Positions 42,866 to 58,090 are shown, numbered from the stretch's first letter. The stretch is 64,000 bases of DNA from Eledone cirrhosa (GCA_964016885.1 OZ024740.1:429102001-429166000), one strand, 5' to 3'. A program made the numbers and translations. Notes: generated from the sequence alone by a model not told the origin.

Positions 42866-44600
42866 GTTAATATAGTCCTGGGAGAGGTGGGCACGGTTGG
42901 ACTATATAGTCCTGGATGTTAAGTGACATAGGGAGAGGTGGGCACGGTTGGACTATGTAGTCCTGGATGTTAAGTGACATAGGGAGAGGTGGGCACGGTT
43001 GGACTATATAGTCCTGGATGTTAAGTGACATAGGGAGGGGTGGGCACGGTTGGACTATGTAGTCCTGGATGTTAAGTGACATAGGGAGAGGTGGGCACGG
43101 TTGGACTATATAGTCCTGGATGTTAAGTGACATAGGGAGAGGTGGGCACGGTTGGACTATGTAGTCCTGGATGTTAAGTGACATAGGGAGAGGTGGGCAC
43201 GGTTGGACTATGTAGTCCTGGATGTTAAGTGACATAGGGAGAGGTGGGCACGGTTGGACTATATAGTCCTGTATGTTAAGTGACATGGGGAGAGGTGGGC
43301 ACGGTTGGACTATATAGTCCTGGATGTTAAGTGACATGGGGAGAGGTGGGCACGGTTGGACTATGTAGTCCTGGATGTTAAGTGACATAGGGAGAGGTGG
43401 GCACGGTTGGACTATGTAGTCCTGGATGTTAAGTGACATAGGGAGAGGTGGGCACGGTTGGACTATGTAGTCCTGTATGTTAAGTGACATAGGGAGAGGT
43501 GGGCACGGTTGGACTATGTAGTCCTGGATGTTAAGTGACATAGGGAGAGGTGGGCACGGTTGGACTATATAGTCCTGGATGTTAAGTGACATGGGGAGAG
43601 GTGGGCACGGTTGGACTATATAGTCCTGGATGTTAAGTGACAAAGGGAGAGGTGGGCACGGTCGGACTATATAGTCCTGGATGTTAAGAGACATTGGGAG
43701 GGGTGGGCAGGGTTGGATAATGTAGTCCTGGATGTTAAGTGACATAAGGAGAGGTGGGCACGGTTGGACTATGTAGTCCTGGATGTTAAGTGACATAGGG
43801 AGAGGTGGGCACGGTTGGACTATATAGTCCTGTATGTTAAGTGACATGGGGAGAGGTGGGCACGGTTGGACTATATAGTCCTGGATGTTAAGTGACATGG
43901 GGAGAGGTGGGCACGGTTGGACTATGTAGTCCTGGATGTTAAGTGACATAGGGAGAGGTGGGCACGGTTGGACTATGTAGTCCTGGATGTTAAGTGACAT
44001 AGGGAGAGGTGGGCACGGTTGGACTATGTAGTCCTGTATGTTAAGTGACATAGGGAGAGGTGGGCACGGTTGGACTATGTAGTCCTGGTTGTTAAGTGAC
44101 ATAAGGAGAGGTGGGCACGGTTGGACTATGTAGTCCTGGATGTTAAGTGACATAAGGAGAGGTGGGCACGGTTGGACTATGTAGTCCTGGATGTTAAGTG
44201 ACATAGGGAGAGGTGGGCACGGTTGGACTATGTAGTCCTGGATGTTAAGTGACAAAGGGAGAGGTGGGCAGGGTTGGATAATGTAGTCCTGGATGTTAAG
44301 TGACATAAGGAGAGGTGGGCACGGTTGGACTATGTAGTCCTGGATGTTAAGTGACATAAGGAGAGGTGGGCACGGTTGGACTATGTAGTCCTGGATGTTA
44401 AGTGACATAAGGAGAGGTGGGCACGGTTGGACTATGTAGTCCTGGATGTTAAGTGACATAGGGAGAGGTGGGCACGGTTGGACTATGTAGTCCTGGATGT
44501 TAAGTGACAAAGGGAGAGGTGGGCACGGTCGGACTATATAGTCCTGGATGTTAAGTGACATTGGGAGGGGTGGGCAGGGTTGGATAATGTAGTCCTTGAC
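42866..44600. repeat. 51-bp minisatellite, about 34 copies, stop-free on the minus strand
   Basis: Unit GTCCTGGATGTTAAGTGACATAGGGAGAGGTGGGCACGGTTGGACTATRTA, which translates as MSLNIQDYIVQPCPPLP. Confidence 0.95.
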
Positions 44601-44904
44601 GTAAGGCTAGATATATAGTGGTGGGCACGATTGGAAAATCTTTGATAATGTGGTAGATAAAATTGAGTTCATCAATAACAGCTCGTATTATTTGAATGAG
44701 TAGTAGTAGTAGTAGTAGGAGTAGTAGGAGTAGGAGGAGGAGGTGGAGGGGGAGGAGAGGGAGTGACGAAGGTATCATCAACCATTTGTCCATGTTTAGT
44801 AATGAGGAATATCCACCACAGTCTTGTCAAACTATCTATGGAATCTAAAATGTTGACGTATCAATCGCCAAACACACAACAGGAGAATATATTAAGATAC
44901 ATCA

Positions 44905-45295
44905 CTTATTTTATCCATCGCCCATAGGCGAGGCAGCAAGCACAGCTTCACACCAAAAGTCTCTACTTCCCATTGAGGTTTGTAGGTCTCCCTTGTCGAT
45001 TCCAGTGTCTCTTGCAATGGTATCCCAATATCTGAGCTCTCTGATAGATGAGATCTCCCACAAGAGGTTTGAAACCATCTCATCTTTTGTGCAGAAACAG
45101 TGACCAGAAAACCTTGTATGACGTTCAATCAGTCGTGTACTTACTTTCGAGATTTGTTTGTATATCTGATTAAACATGGAAAGGGGTCTTCCTAGGGATA
45201 TTTTGAGCTTTGTTAGAAGGGTAGTGTAACATCCACTAAACAGATCTGTAGACAGGAGAGCGAGGTTCGAGTCTCAGATCCATACAGAGATACAT
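44905..45295 (-). mobile_element. RTE-clade LINE ORF C-terminal remnant
   Basis: Degenerate LYGSET..., GCYT.LL..., QIY..ISKV..R..RFSGHCF..KDE.VS.LLW..Y.DT.ARDTG.....MGSRDFW, a typical RTE tail. Confidence 0.75.
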
Positions 45296-45631
45296 CATAG
45301 CCCAGCAAACCAATACTTTAAATAAAAGAACGGAAAAAATATTCCAAATCATCCTCGAGAATAACTGTTTATTGGTGAATTATGCATAAACAATACATAA
45401 ATAATCTATTATTGAATCTAAAATACAGAGGTCAATCCATAAATCTAATGGAACTTTACAACACACCTTTTTTACGGCGCTGAACACCAACAATAAATAT
45501 TGTTACAATTTTTTCGAAAGTTTCTACATTGAAACTTAATTGAAAGATCGTCTACATCGCGTGAAAGTAATGGTTACATCAGAACACTCGTCAAATCTAA
45601 TTATATATATATAGGTGTGGTGTGATGTCGA

Positions 45632-45672
<41 letters not shown>

Positions 45673-46041
45673 CGCGCGTGTGTGTGTGTTGTGTTCGTGT
45701 TGTATGTGTGTGTGTGTGTGCGTGTGCGTGCGCGTGCGTGTGTGTGTTGTGTTCGTGTTGTATGTGTGTGTGTGTGCGCGCGCGCGCGCGCGCAATGAAT
45801 GCCAGTCCTTCGCAAGTTTAAACTCCCAGCTATTGCTGGTACTCATTTTCAGCTAAATATATTCATATGACACACGCCGTTGCTATAGCCATATTTCCCC
45901 GTACACGGAATCATAGAGAGGTAGTTATCCTCTGATGAGGACACAATAACGTCTGACATGCAGACATAAGACTACCCTCTTCTGTTTTTCTGTCTAGGTG
46001 GAATAGTTGAAAGCTTTTGCACTTCATATGTCTTTATTTTA

Positions 46042-46905
46042 GGTGGATTGGCAGTATCGGTAGAGGGTCGGACGTCATGCTAGGGCGGTGGATTGGCAGT
46101 ATCGGTAGAGGGTCGGACGTCATGTTAGGGCGGTGGATTGGCAGTATCGGTAGAGGGTCGGACGTCATGTTAGGGCGGTGGATTGGCAGTATCGGTAGAG
46201 GGTCTGACACCATGTTAGGGTGGTGGATTGGCAGTATCGGTAGAGGGTCGGACACCATGTTAGGGTGGTGGATTGGCAGTATCGGTAGAGGGTCGGACGT
46301 CATGTTAGGGCGGTGGATTGGCAGTATCGGTAGAGGGTCGGACGTCATGTTAGGGCGGTGGATTGGCAGTATCGGTAGAGGGTCGGACGTCATGTTAGGG
46401 CGGTAGATTGGCAGTATCGGTAGAGGGTCGGACACCATGTTAGGGTGGTGGATTGGCAGTATCGGTAGAGGGTCGGACACCATGTTAGGGTGGTGGATTG
46501 GCAGTATCGGTAGAGGGTCGGACGTCATGTTAGGGTGGTGGATTGGCAGTATCGGTAGAGGGTCGGACACCATGTTAGGGTGGTAGATTGGCAGTATCGG
46601 TAGAGGGTCGGACACCATGTTAGGGTGGTGGATTGGCAGTATCGGTAGAGGGTCGGACGTCATGTTAGGGTGGTGGATTGGCAGTATCGGTAGAGGGTCG
46701 GACACCATGTTAGGGTGGTAGATTGGCAGTATCGGTAGAGGGTCGGACACCATGCTTTGACGCATAGAGTTACGGCCCTTTCCATTCTGAGTTCAAATCC
46801 CCCCGAGGTTAGCTTTGCCTTTCATCCTTAAGGGTCAATAAAATAAAGTACCAGTAATACACTGTGGTATTGCTGGCCTTGTGCCAAAAGTAGAAACAAT
46901 TAATT
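46042..46905 (+). mobile_element. SINE family A whose 45-bp head is amplified about 16 times in tandem
   Basis: The unit GGTGGATTGGCAGTATCGGTAGAGGGTCGGACACCATGTTAGGGT spans 46042-46754 and runs directly into the SINE body and tail. Confidence 0.9.
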
Positions 46906-46985
46906 TCACAGGTAAAATACGTTGTTATATCTACCGAGCTTTTGCCTTAAACCTTCAAATATATTCTGTATGCTAGGATTAATAT

Positions 46986-48180
46986 TAGAGGGGGAGATAA
47001 ATAGAGAGAGGGGGAGATAAATAGAGAGAGGGGGGAGATAAATAGAGAGAGGGGGGAGATAAATAGAGAGAGTGGGAGATAAATAGAGAGAGGTGGAGAT
47101 AAATAGAGAGAGCGGGGAGATAAATAGAGAGAGGGGGAGATAGATAGAGAGAGGGGGAGATAAATAGAGAGAGGGGGCAGAGATATAAAGAGATAGAGGG
47201 AGGGAGAGAGGGAGAGAGATAAAGAGATAGAGAGGGGGAGGGAGAGAGATAAAGAGATAGAGAAGGGGGAGGGAGAGAGAATATGAAATAGAGAGGGGGA
47301 GGGAGAGAGATAACGAGGGATAGAGAGGGGGAGGGAGAGAGATAACAAGAGATAGAGAGGGGGAGTGAGAGAGATAACGAGAGATAGAGAGGGGGAGGGA
47401 GAGAGATAACGAGAGATAGAGAGGGGGAGTGAGAGAGATAACGAGAGATAGAAAGGGGGAGGGAGAGAGATAACGAGAGATAGAGAGGGGGAGGGAGAGA
47501 GATAGAGAGAGATAGAGAGGGGAGGGAGAGAGATAACGAGAGATAGAGAGGGTGAGGGAGAGAGATAAAGAGAGATAGAGAGGGGGAGGGAGAGAGATAA
47601 AGAGAGATAGAGAGGGGAGGGAGAGAGATAACGAGAGATAGAGAGAGGGAGGGAGAGAGATAACGAGAGATAGAGAGGGGGAGGGAAAGAGAGATAAAGA
47701 GATAGAGAGGGGGAGTGAGAGAGATAACGAGAGATAGAGAGGGGGAGTGAGAGAGATAACGAGAGATAGAGAGGGGGAGGGAGAGAGATAACGAGAGATA
47801 GAGAGGGGGAGGGAGAGAGATAAAAAGATAGAGAGGGGGACGGGGAGAGATAACGAGAGATAGAGAGAGGGAGGGAGAGAGATAAAATGATAGAGAGAGT
47901 GAGGGAGAGAGATAACGAGAGATAGAGAGGGGGGAGAGAGAAAAAGAGATAGAGAGGGGAGAGAGAGAGATAAAGAGAGATAGAGAGTGTGAGGGAGAGA
48001 GATAACGAGAGATAGAGAGGGAGAGGGAGAGAGATAACGATAGATAGAGAGGGGGAGGGAGAGAAAAGGAGATAGAAAGGGAGGGAGAGAGATAAATAGA
48101 GATAGAGAGGGGGAGGGAGAGAGATAACGAGAGATAGAGAGGGGGAGGGAGAGAGAAAAAGAGATAGAGAGGGAGGGAGA
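46986..48180. repeat. GA-rich degenerate minisatellite (AGAT/GAGG units)
   Basis: Direct reading. Confidence 0.9.
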
Positions 48181-48523
48181 AACAGGAAGTGAGAGTGTGC
48201 CAGGAGAGATAAATATTTTTCTAGCTTTAGTATACGTCTCTCTCCAGCTTATAACCCCATCTTGGAATGCTACAAGCGATATCTTGTGTTCTTGTCCTCT
48301 CGCGAGATGTTTATCTCTCGACTGTTTAACAATATGGAAGCATTGTTGTTGTTATTGTTGTTGTTCCTCCATCTTGTTCTCTTTCCTCTTCCACTTCCTC
48401 TTCCTCTTCCTCCTTGCTACCTACATCTCAAACTGCTTACTTGATGTGTCAACAATATGTCTTCCAGGCCAATAATACTAACCTTTGCTTGTTTTATTAA
48501 TTTTATTAATTTCTAAACCCCAG

Positions 48524-48709
48524 GGCGGTGGATTGGCAGTATCAGTAGAGGGTCGGACGCCATGCTTTGATGCTTAGAGTTGCGGTGCTTGCCATTCTGA
48601 GTTCAAATCCCGCTGAGGTTAACTTTGCCTTTCATCCTTACGGGGTCGATAAAATAAAGTACCAGTAATGTACTGGGTAATTGCTGGCCTTGTGCCAAAA
48701 GTAGAAACA
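48524..48709 (+). mobile_element. Full-length SINE family A with 19-bp target-site duplication
   Basis: ATTAATTTCTAAACCCCAG at 48505-48523 and 48710-48728. Confidence 0.92.
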
Positions 48710-48894
48710 ATTAATTTCTAAACCCCAGATTATAACTACATTTCCACTTAATTAACCCTTTCTACCTTCTTTTATTTTATCTGTTTCAATCTGCAATACT
48801 TGCTTCTTCCACCTTTTCACATCGTTACAGAAACTTCAGTTTCTTCCAACCATGCTACTACCGTCTCTTTCCTCCTGTATCTATTGTTCTCTAG

Positions 48895-49240
48895 AAGGAA
48901 CTGAATTGACAGTCTTAGAACGCCACATAGAATCCTTTGCAGTATTCCTTCAGGTTCCTTCTGCTCTCTGAGTTCAAATTATGCCGAGGTCAATTCTGCC
49001 TTTCCTCCATTCAAGGTCCACTTTTCCTTTCATCCATTCAAGGTCGATAAAAAAAATGTACCAGTCTGGTACTGGGGTCGATTTTTCTTCTATGTCTCTT
49101 TCTCAATTCCTTCTCTGGAGGAATTCTGCTGTATTCAGACCCGAAGAGGAGATGGGCTGCGCCAGGTTTCAACTTGCCCTAGAAAAGCTGCCAATACGAC
49201 GCCCCTACGACTCACACAGGAGTTACGAGACCTTACATAC
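48895..49240 (+). mobile_element. Composite SINE-head/RTE-5'UTR-like element, second copy
   Basis: Colinear with the reverse complement of about 5700-6030. Confidence 0.6.
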
Positions 49241-49360
49241 ACCTATACTTCTCTATACCACTGAACTCTTTCTCTATTACTTACTTTTTTCTCTATCTAA
49301 CTATAAAGCTCTTAGAATGTTCGTTGAGGCCCTCTATATAACCATAATCCTTCTAAAATA

Positions 49361-49655
49361 GAGGAGGTGTGTGGCCTAGTGGTAAGGCCGTTTGAGTTAT
49401 AATTATAATGTCGTGGGTTATATTCCTGGACTGATTTGTGTGTTGTTTTCTTGAGCAAAACACTTTATTTCACGTATACTCTTCCCTTCACTTCATTTCC
49501 AATATACTCAGCAGAAAATGAGTACCAGCAATAACTGAGGATTTAACTCTGCGATTGACTGGCGTCCTGTCCCGAGGAGAAGTCTTGTTACTCTCAGTCG
49601 CTTAACCACGGAAACTGGCTTAAGCACCAGCCTAGTGAGCCTCCTGGCTCCTGAT
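49361..49655 (+). mobile_element. SINE family B
   Basis: GGAGGTGTGTGGCCTAGTGGTAAGG A box, then the core and ACGGAAACTGG..AAGCAC tail seen at 36495. Confidence 0.75.
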
Positions 49656-49899
49656 AGACTTTAGATGTTCTTTAACTACAATTCTTCTATAATTGACATT
49701 CTCCTCTCTAATTCTGTTTAAATTCTATATATTCTTTCTCCTTTATATTTAGAAAACCCATGTGGCCAGACAATCGGTACCATGTTTTACTATAATTCCC
49801 ATCATTTGAATCAAATACTTCATTTCTATGAAAAGTTCGAGCTATTCTATATACTTACGGGGATAATTTCAGTTGTAGTTTTTCATGAACAGAGGAGTT

Positions 49900-50160
49900 A
49901 CTTCCCGTGACTCATCCCAGCGTAATAGCGAAATGGTGTCTTCCATAATGAGAAGTTCTTAGGGAGCACTGAACACTTTGAACCTGCTGCAAACATTTGG
50001 CCTTCGTAAGGCGAAAATGAACTGCTCCAAGTTCACTATCTCTCATTGTTATATCACATTGTATAATCAAATACACGTCCACCTTTAATTGCAGTCTGTA
50101 ATCTGGCTGATGATTCTCGTACTGATTGACAGTAAAAGCCAGATCATTCAAGCAAGAGAC
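49900..50160 (-). pseudogene. Possible highly decayed hAT transposase fragment
   Basis: MNDLAFTVN..HQPDYRLQLK..LIIQ weakly resembles the DLAFLVDI..HLN.LN.KLQG motif of hAT transposases. Eye match only. Confidence 0.3.
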
Positions 50161-51058
50161 AGTACTAGGTATAGATCAGTCTTCGATCGATACACTTGAA
50201 TGATCTATGTAGGAAATGGACACAGATGTTAAATGAAGTGAAGTTGATTACTGAGAAAATTGAAATTAGGTCCCGTCTCCCATTAAAACGGAAAGTTAAA
50301 AAACATCATTAAAGACATTGATAAACCAGAAAATGTCTGGAGAAATCTTCGAGATGGTTTTGTTGATTCTGAATTTGAATTCAAACACAATGACTTCTTT
50401 GCTGATTGCCAAAGTATCGACATGATTTGGCCCTGCAAACAATTAATTGTTCCACGTTTTATAGCAGTGCTGAAGCACGACAGAAGAGGAATTCAAGATT
50501 TTATATACAAGATTATAGGTTAAATATTTAGATGACCCCCTCAGAATCCACACAAGAGCAACGTAAGACAATACACGCGTCAAACTTAATGCAATACACA
50601 CGTCAAACATTAGACAAGGAATTCGTCAGACACGAAATAAGTTGTACAAATTAGTTGACATCTTAAACGTATATATTGCACTACAAATATTAATTTGCCA
50701 GTTATGGCAGCATCTACAGAAAGATCTTTTAAAGCTCATTAAGATCTTCTTCAGGGACAGGATGACATAAGATTCACTAACAGGTCTAAGTATAATCTGT
50801 TCGCTTTTTACACGAAGATGCATTAGTGAACGCGGCGCGTAAAGCAAATTCGCGTAATTAATGTCCAATGTTATATCATACTTCTGATAAATAAAAAAGA
50901 AATTAAAAACCACGCGATGTATCGCGTTATTCGCGCAATGTGAATATTTGATATTTTTTCAAGAGGCGTTAAAATGAATTTGCGTACTTCAAGTTCGCGT
51001 AAAAAGCGAACAGATTGTCTTCTGATCGTACTTGCAAGAAGAATTAACTCCAGTTGAA

Positions 51059-51178
51059 TAATTGTTTCTACTTTTGGCACAAGGCCAGCAATTATCCCAG
51101 TGCATTACTGGTACTTTATTTTATCGACCCCGTAAGGATGAAAGGCAAAGTTTACCTCAGCGTGATTTGAACTCAGAC
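51059..51178 (-). mobile_element. SINE family A, 5'-truncated, between ~100-bp direct repeats
   Basis: Consensus match. Flanks at about 50951-51061 and 51189-51290 are diverged duplicates. Confidence 0.8.
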
Positions 51179-51674
51179 CGTATTTAATAATATTTTTTCA
51201 AGAGGACTTAAAATGAATTCGCGTAAAAAGCGAACAGATTGTATTTTGATCGTATCGTACTTGCAAGAAGTTGACTCCAGTTGAATAATAATATAACAAA
51301 TAAAAAGAGTTGCCTTAAAAATATCACGTAAAGCATATTTCATTTAGTTCTGTCACTTCTCAATATTACCAAACACATAAAAGTCATTGTTGGCAATCTA
51401 TTTAAACTCAATAAATTATCCAGTTCAATGAACAGATATTTGTGTTTATTTCTTTCATTCCTCGGAATGATATTATGCATTATTTAAGGCCATAGAAAAG
51501 ATTCACAAAGAATATCAGTCCTTTTAAGCCAAGATTTAATTATATTAATACTTGAGACGTTGCTAAAAATTGCTTAAAGTCCAGTCTCGGAAGATGTACG
51601 TCTCTCCTTGGACCTAGTCAACAGACTTCATTCTGAATCTAGCTCCATTTCCCCTCTCCGCACCCAGAGACCCT

Positions 51675-52631
<957 letters not shown>

Positions 52632-52633
52632 TA

Positions 52634-53180
<547 letters not shown>

Positions 53181-54293
53181 CCCCACGTTATACCCTAACG
53201 GATAGCACGATCTATACGTGGATATTTTACGTCTTGATGTGGGAGCTAAGTATATGTTTTGTTTATTCCTTTACTTATTTTGCATAGGTAAGTATATATT
53301 ACCCGTATGTTTTGTGAAGGTATGTATACCTTCTCGTACGTATATTTGACTGTTATAGCGTATACTTTTTACATATTCTGGTATTTAGGGTTTGGCTATG
53401 TGTATACGGGAGTTTCGCGTCCGCGTGAGTGTGCTGGTTCGTACGTATGGTGGGTGTGTGTATATGTGTACTTCTTGTTTTAGTTGACTTACGTCTCCGA
53501 ACATTCGTGTATTTATATGTAGGTATGCGTGTGCGCTTGTTATATACGTATTTATTTACTTATATACGTTTATATAATTATTTATTTATTTGTACACAAG
53601 CATGCACACACACACATATTTATAGGTGCGTGGTTTTGTATACCCATGGTAAGGTTTTGCGTATGCTTGTGTATGTACATATCTGTTTGCGTGTATGTAT
53701 TTATTTGTTTCTATTACTTCTGTATTGTATTTATTTACTTTGTTCTTAACTCTGTAGCGGAGATTCATTTGGTCTCCTAGTTAGAATTTTAGTCTACGAT
53801 TTCTGCTATACCATTTACGTGGTTTTGTCTTTGCGTGCTATTGTTCTCCACGCTCCACATATGACTTATTATCTTCATTTTTTCGTTCATTGCCAGAGAA
53901 CGTCTCTATGCACCACCTAAGAGAACATTAGTCTACAACCTCTTTTATACCATAAACGTGGTTTTGTCTTTGCGCGTAATTGTTTTTCACCGCTCCTATT
54001 AATGACGTATCTTATTCGTTTTTTCCCGTTCTTTGCCAGCGAACGTTACCACGAACCAAAGTATCGTCTTCCTGTCTTTCTCCGGTTGCAACGTTTTTTG
54101 AAATATCCAGTTCTGCGTTTACAGATTGACTTTGTTAGTTTCAGAAGATCCCGCTAAGGGTGAAAGCAGCGATTCTTTGCTTAAACTTTAATCTGTTATT
54201 TTAATAAATATTTGCTCTACGGTTCTTATATATTTGATATATATTTTCCTTATCGAGCCCTCTTTGGATTTTAGTCTTCAATTTTATTATTAT

Positions 54294-54373
<80 letters not shown>

Positions 54374-54380
<7 letters not shown>

Positions 54381-54493
54381 TACAAATATTAATAAAATAG
54401 ATGTTCTTTTGATCAATTACATTTTATTATACATGTATAATAAAATGTAATTGATCAAAAGAACATCTATTTTATTAATATTTGTATTTTAAT
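54374..54493. repeat. Perfect 120-bp palindrome (centre ACATGT) at the start of a (TA)-anchored element
   Basis: Exact reverse-complement symmetry about 54433/54434. The following sequence resembles 60421-60480. Confidence 0.9.
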
Positions 54494-56007
54494 ATCAATA
54501 ACTCCGGAAAATTATTTCACCGTAGAGTGCTTCCAATCTAATGTAAAACTCATTCCTTGACATACTCATTGAATATTGTTTAACACTTTAATATATCTGT
54601 TAGAACACGAAAAGTGTGAAACAACAGAATGTTCACTTTTCGTGTTCTAACATATATGCCTAGCTTCTTTAAAAATTTTTCGGGGATAGCCGTGGTGGTG
54701 GTGATCGTATGTCATTGGCTAATTTTCAACCAATCAGAGTACCTCTCTCTATATCTCTTCCACTGTTACTTACGCCTGTTTCTCTCTATCTGTTCCGTCT
54801 CTATATATATCTCTTACTCTTTCGCTTTGCACTCCTCCCCTTCAATACCATCTCTCCCCCTCTCTATATATTTGTTACTCTATCGCCGCACGCTCCTCTC
54901 CTTCAATATATCAATTACACACGCTTTACACTCCTTTATCCCCAGCGCCCCTATATATACACCCCCCCCTCTCCCGCATCTATATTTTAATGTACCGTTG
55001 CACCGTGAATATATGTGTCTATATATATATACATATATATTGTATATACACATTCATGTATGTGTATACACACTCATGTATGTATATACACTGGTTTTAT
55101 GTGTGTATTGTAAATTTGTACTGTTAAAACACGAAACTAACATTCGATTGACACTTTGATTACCTGTACAGGCAATAGTTATTAGAATGCTGTTGAAGTG
55201 TGTATATATTTTTGGGGGACATCCTGTATATACACACATTATATATAATACAATAAACAGATAAATACACACATATATATATGAGCTTATTTAATTATAA
55301 ATATTGTGAATTTTTAACTCAGTTCAATTATATATATAAATGGCTTCTACAGGACTAGAACTGTTTCATACGAAAGAAATCATCAAAATATTGAGAGGGG
55401 GGACTAGATAAAATATTTCAAATCAAATGTGTATAAGTTATAAGTTAAAATGTATAAATAGAGACGATAGTGGAGGTATATCTGTTTAGTGGAACAGTAG
55501 ACGATAGAATTAAATACAGACGATAATCTCCCTTTAATGAAACAGCAGACGATAGAATTAAGGCAATTTAAATTTTAAGCATTTGCATTTTTGCCTTTCA
55601 TCGTTACGGGGTCGATAAAATAAAGTACCAGTAATACACTGTCACTAGACGACTTTCAAATTGAATTGTTGGTTCCATTTCTTTAGTATTTTCAATTGTA
55701 GTTATCTACTTAAAAAGCGTTACACGGTTAGAGACATAATTCGTAAGTTATATCTTCCCTATTAAACCATTGCATTATTTCGCCTACAATAGAACAAAAA
55801 TGAAATGTTCTTTAAAGAAACAGGAATATAACTTTATAAAAAAAAAAGTTGCATCCGCTTCTTTTATCATTGATAATTTTTTCGTTTTAATATTAATTGT
55901 TTTTTGTAGTTGTTTATATTAAAAATCTTACTGTAATATTTACTTAAACGAAGGCAGACATCTAAACTTATAGATTAATCTTGAGCGAAGGACTAGATAA
56001 ATCTCTC

Positions 56008-56059
<52 letters not shown>

Positions 56060-56452
56060 AACGAAGAATGATAAAATTTCAAGCAAAGAGTTTAATTAGG
56101 TATATTTTGTAATATTATTAACTAATTATTATAATTAACGCGCATATTTTGCTATCCTCAAACACGTTTACACATGGCATGAAATATAACTAATCCGAGA
56201 TGGCTAGGTTTCATCTTCTAACTGGATATACGAAATCCATTATGTCTTGACAACAACATGAGGTAACATTATGTTATTCACAGACACACTTTGTACACTG
56301 TTCCATATCAGAATGTATTTCCTTCGTCACATTCACAAACAGTATTGAAAATATGTTCTTCGGCAAATAAAAATGTTTTGTTCATAATATTTCAACTAGC
56401 GATTGCTCTACTCCACGCACGACCACCATAAATTAATGACCAGCTCAACACA

Positions 56453-56625
56453 AGTATTGGTAGAGCGTCAGACACCATGCTTTGCAGTATTGTTATGGTC
56501 CTTTGCATTCTAAGTTCAAATCCTGCCGAGGTTAACTTCGACTTTCATACTTACTAATTCGATAAAATAAAGTACCAGTAATGGACTGCCGTAATGGATT
56601 TGTGCCGAAAAATAGAAACACTATT
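56453..56625 (+). mobile_element. SINE family A, diverged
   Basis: Consensus match. Further fragments at 55585-55641 and 59020-59133. Confidence 0.75.
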
Positions 56626-57133
56626 AATGTGCAATAAGAGCAAAATATAACGACATTGCTCAATTATTTTATCTAATGTTGTAATAACACAAGGAAATGT
56701 TGTTTGTGTATTTTTTTTATATTTGCTCATAGGCTTTTACAATTTCGCTCAACCAACAAATTGTTGCTATCTTTTAATACACTCCAACAAGTCATCAAAT
56801 TATGTACAATAAAAACAAATCTTATTAATTTGCTCAGGGAATATAAAGAAAATGTATATACACTGATAATTGCAATTGTATGTAAATATTTTGTTTTTGT
56901 ATTGTATATTTTATGTTTTCTATTATGTATAATATATTGATTTAATATTGATTGTTTTTTGTAGTTGTTTATATTAAAAGTCTGAAAATATTTTTATACA
57001 TCTTACACTAATATTTATAAGATAATTTATAATAACAATTACATAATCTAATTACATTACAACGATAATTTATTATTAATATATATCCTGTTTAACTAGA
57101 GTTATTACAAGCGTTGCCTTAAAAAAATATTAA

Positions 57134-58090
57134 ACTAGACATGAAAAATGCGCAAGCTCAAAAGTGCCACAGAATGTTATAATAAACCTTCAAAAGTGTG
57201 GGACTAGAGTTGTTGCTAAAAAATATTGTAATCATTATATATCGTACATTCTGTGGCATCCTTTATAAAAATAGCTTAAACCAACGAAGCCTTTATTTTT
57301 ACGCTATTTCACTTAGTTAATTCTTAGAGTATAACATATAAAAATAAATACATCTATGTTTAATGTAATAACAGCTATAAATAATTACGTAATATTATTA
57401 TCATATACTCATAGTAACAAAATAATTGTGTTGAAACTTAATATGATGCTTATATGAACGATCAAATCTATAATGATAATTTCTTAAATATACTAATAGT
57501 AAAATAATTTAGTTATCTATTGTTACATTTTCATAGAACTATAATATTAACAATCGTATTGCATTATCAAATTTTTATCACTACAAACTTTCATATTGGA
57601 ATTACCTTAAGCCACTTATTATTACTTCGCTTTCGTACTTTTACAGCTGTAGATATTGCGTTGTATCTTATATCTAATATCAATATCTCGTGGTAATTTG
57701 CATGAAGTGTAAAATAGGTTTATTAATAACTTTAATATGAAATGTATTATACAGGGCTGCGGAGTCGGCCAAAAATTGACTGGCTCCAACTCAGGATCCG
57801 ATACTCCATTATTTCCTAAATTTCAGCTCCGCAGCTCTGTTATTATATTAATTAATTTATTTTATAGTTGTAAATCATATTTTTATATGTTACACTCTAA
57901 GAATTAACTAAGTGAAATAGCGTAAAAATAAAGGCTTCGTTGGTTTAAGCTATTTTTATAAAGGATGCCACAGAATGTACGATATATAATGATTACAATA
58001 TTTTTTAGCAACAACTCTAGTCCCACACTTTTGAAGGTTTATTATAACATTCTGTGGCACTTTTGAGCTTGCGCATTTTTCATGTCTAGT
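57134..58090. repeat. 213-bp-arm inverted repeat with ~530-bp spacer
   Basis: 57134-57346 versus 57878-58090, with one mismatch seen. Confidence 0.9.
57752..57839. mobile_element. 88-bp MITE, probably hAT-derived
   Basis: TIRs CAGGGCTGCGGAG / CTCCGCAGCTCTG. The 8-bp flanks GTATTATA / TTATTATA match 7 of 8. Confidence 0.65.

Noticed and set aside
42304-42894. Glu/Lys-rich or poly-Phe/Ser ORFs
   Set aside because: (GAA)n microsatellite adjoining a SINE tail.
42866-46754. Regular 51-bp and 45-bp arrays (and the 66-bp array at 37917) as CRISPR
   Set aside because: No unique spacers, no cas genes, eukaryotic context.
48524-48610. tRNA gene (A and B boxes)
   Set aside because: No cloverleaf. 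It is the head of a multicopy SINE with a TSD.
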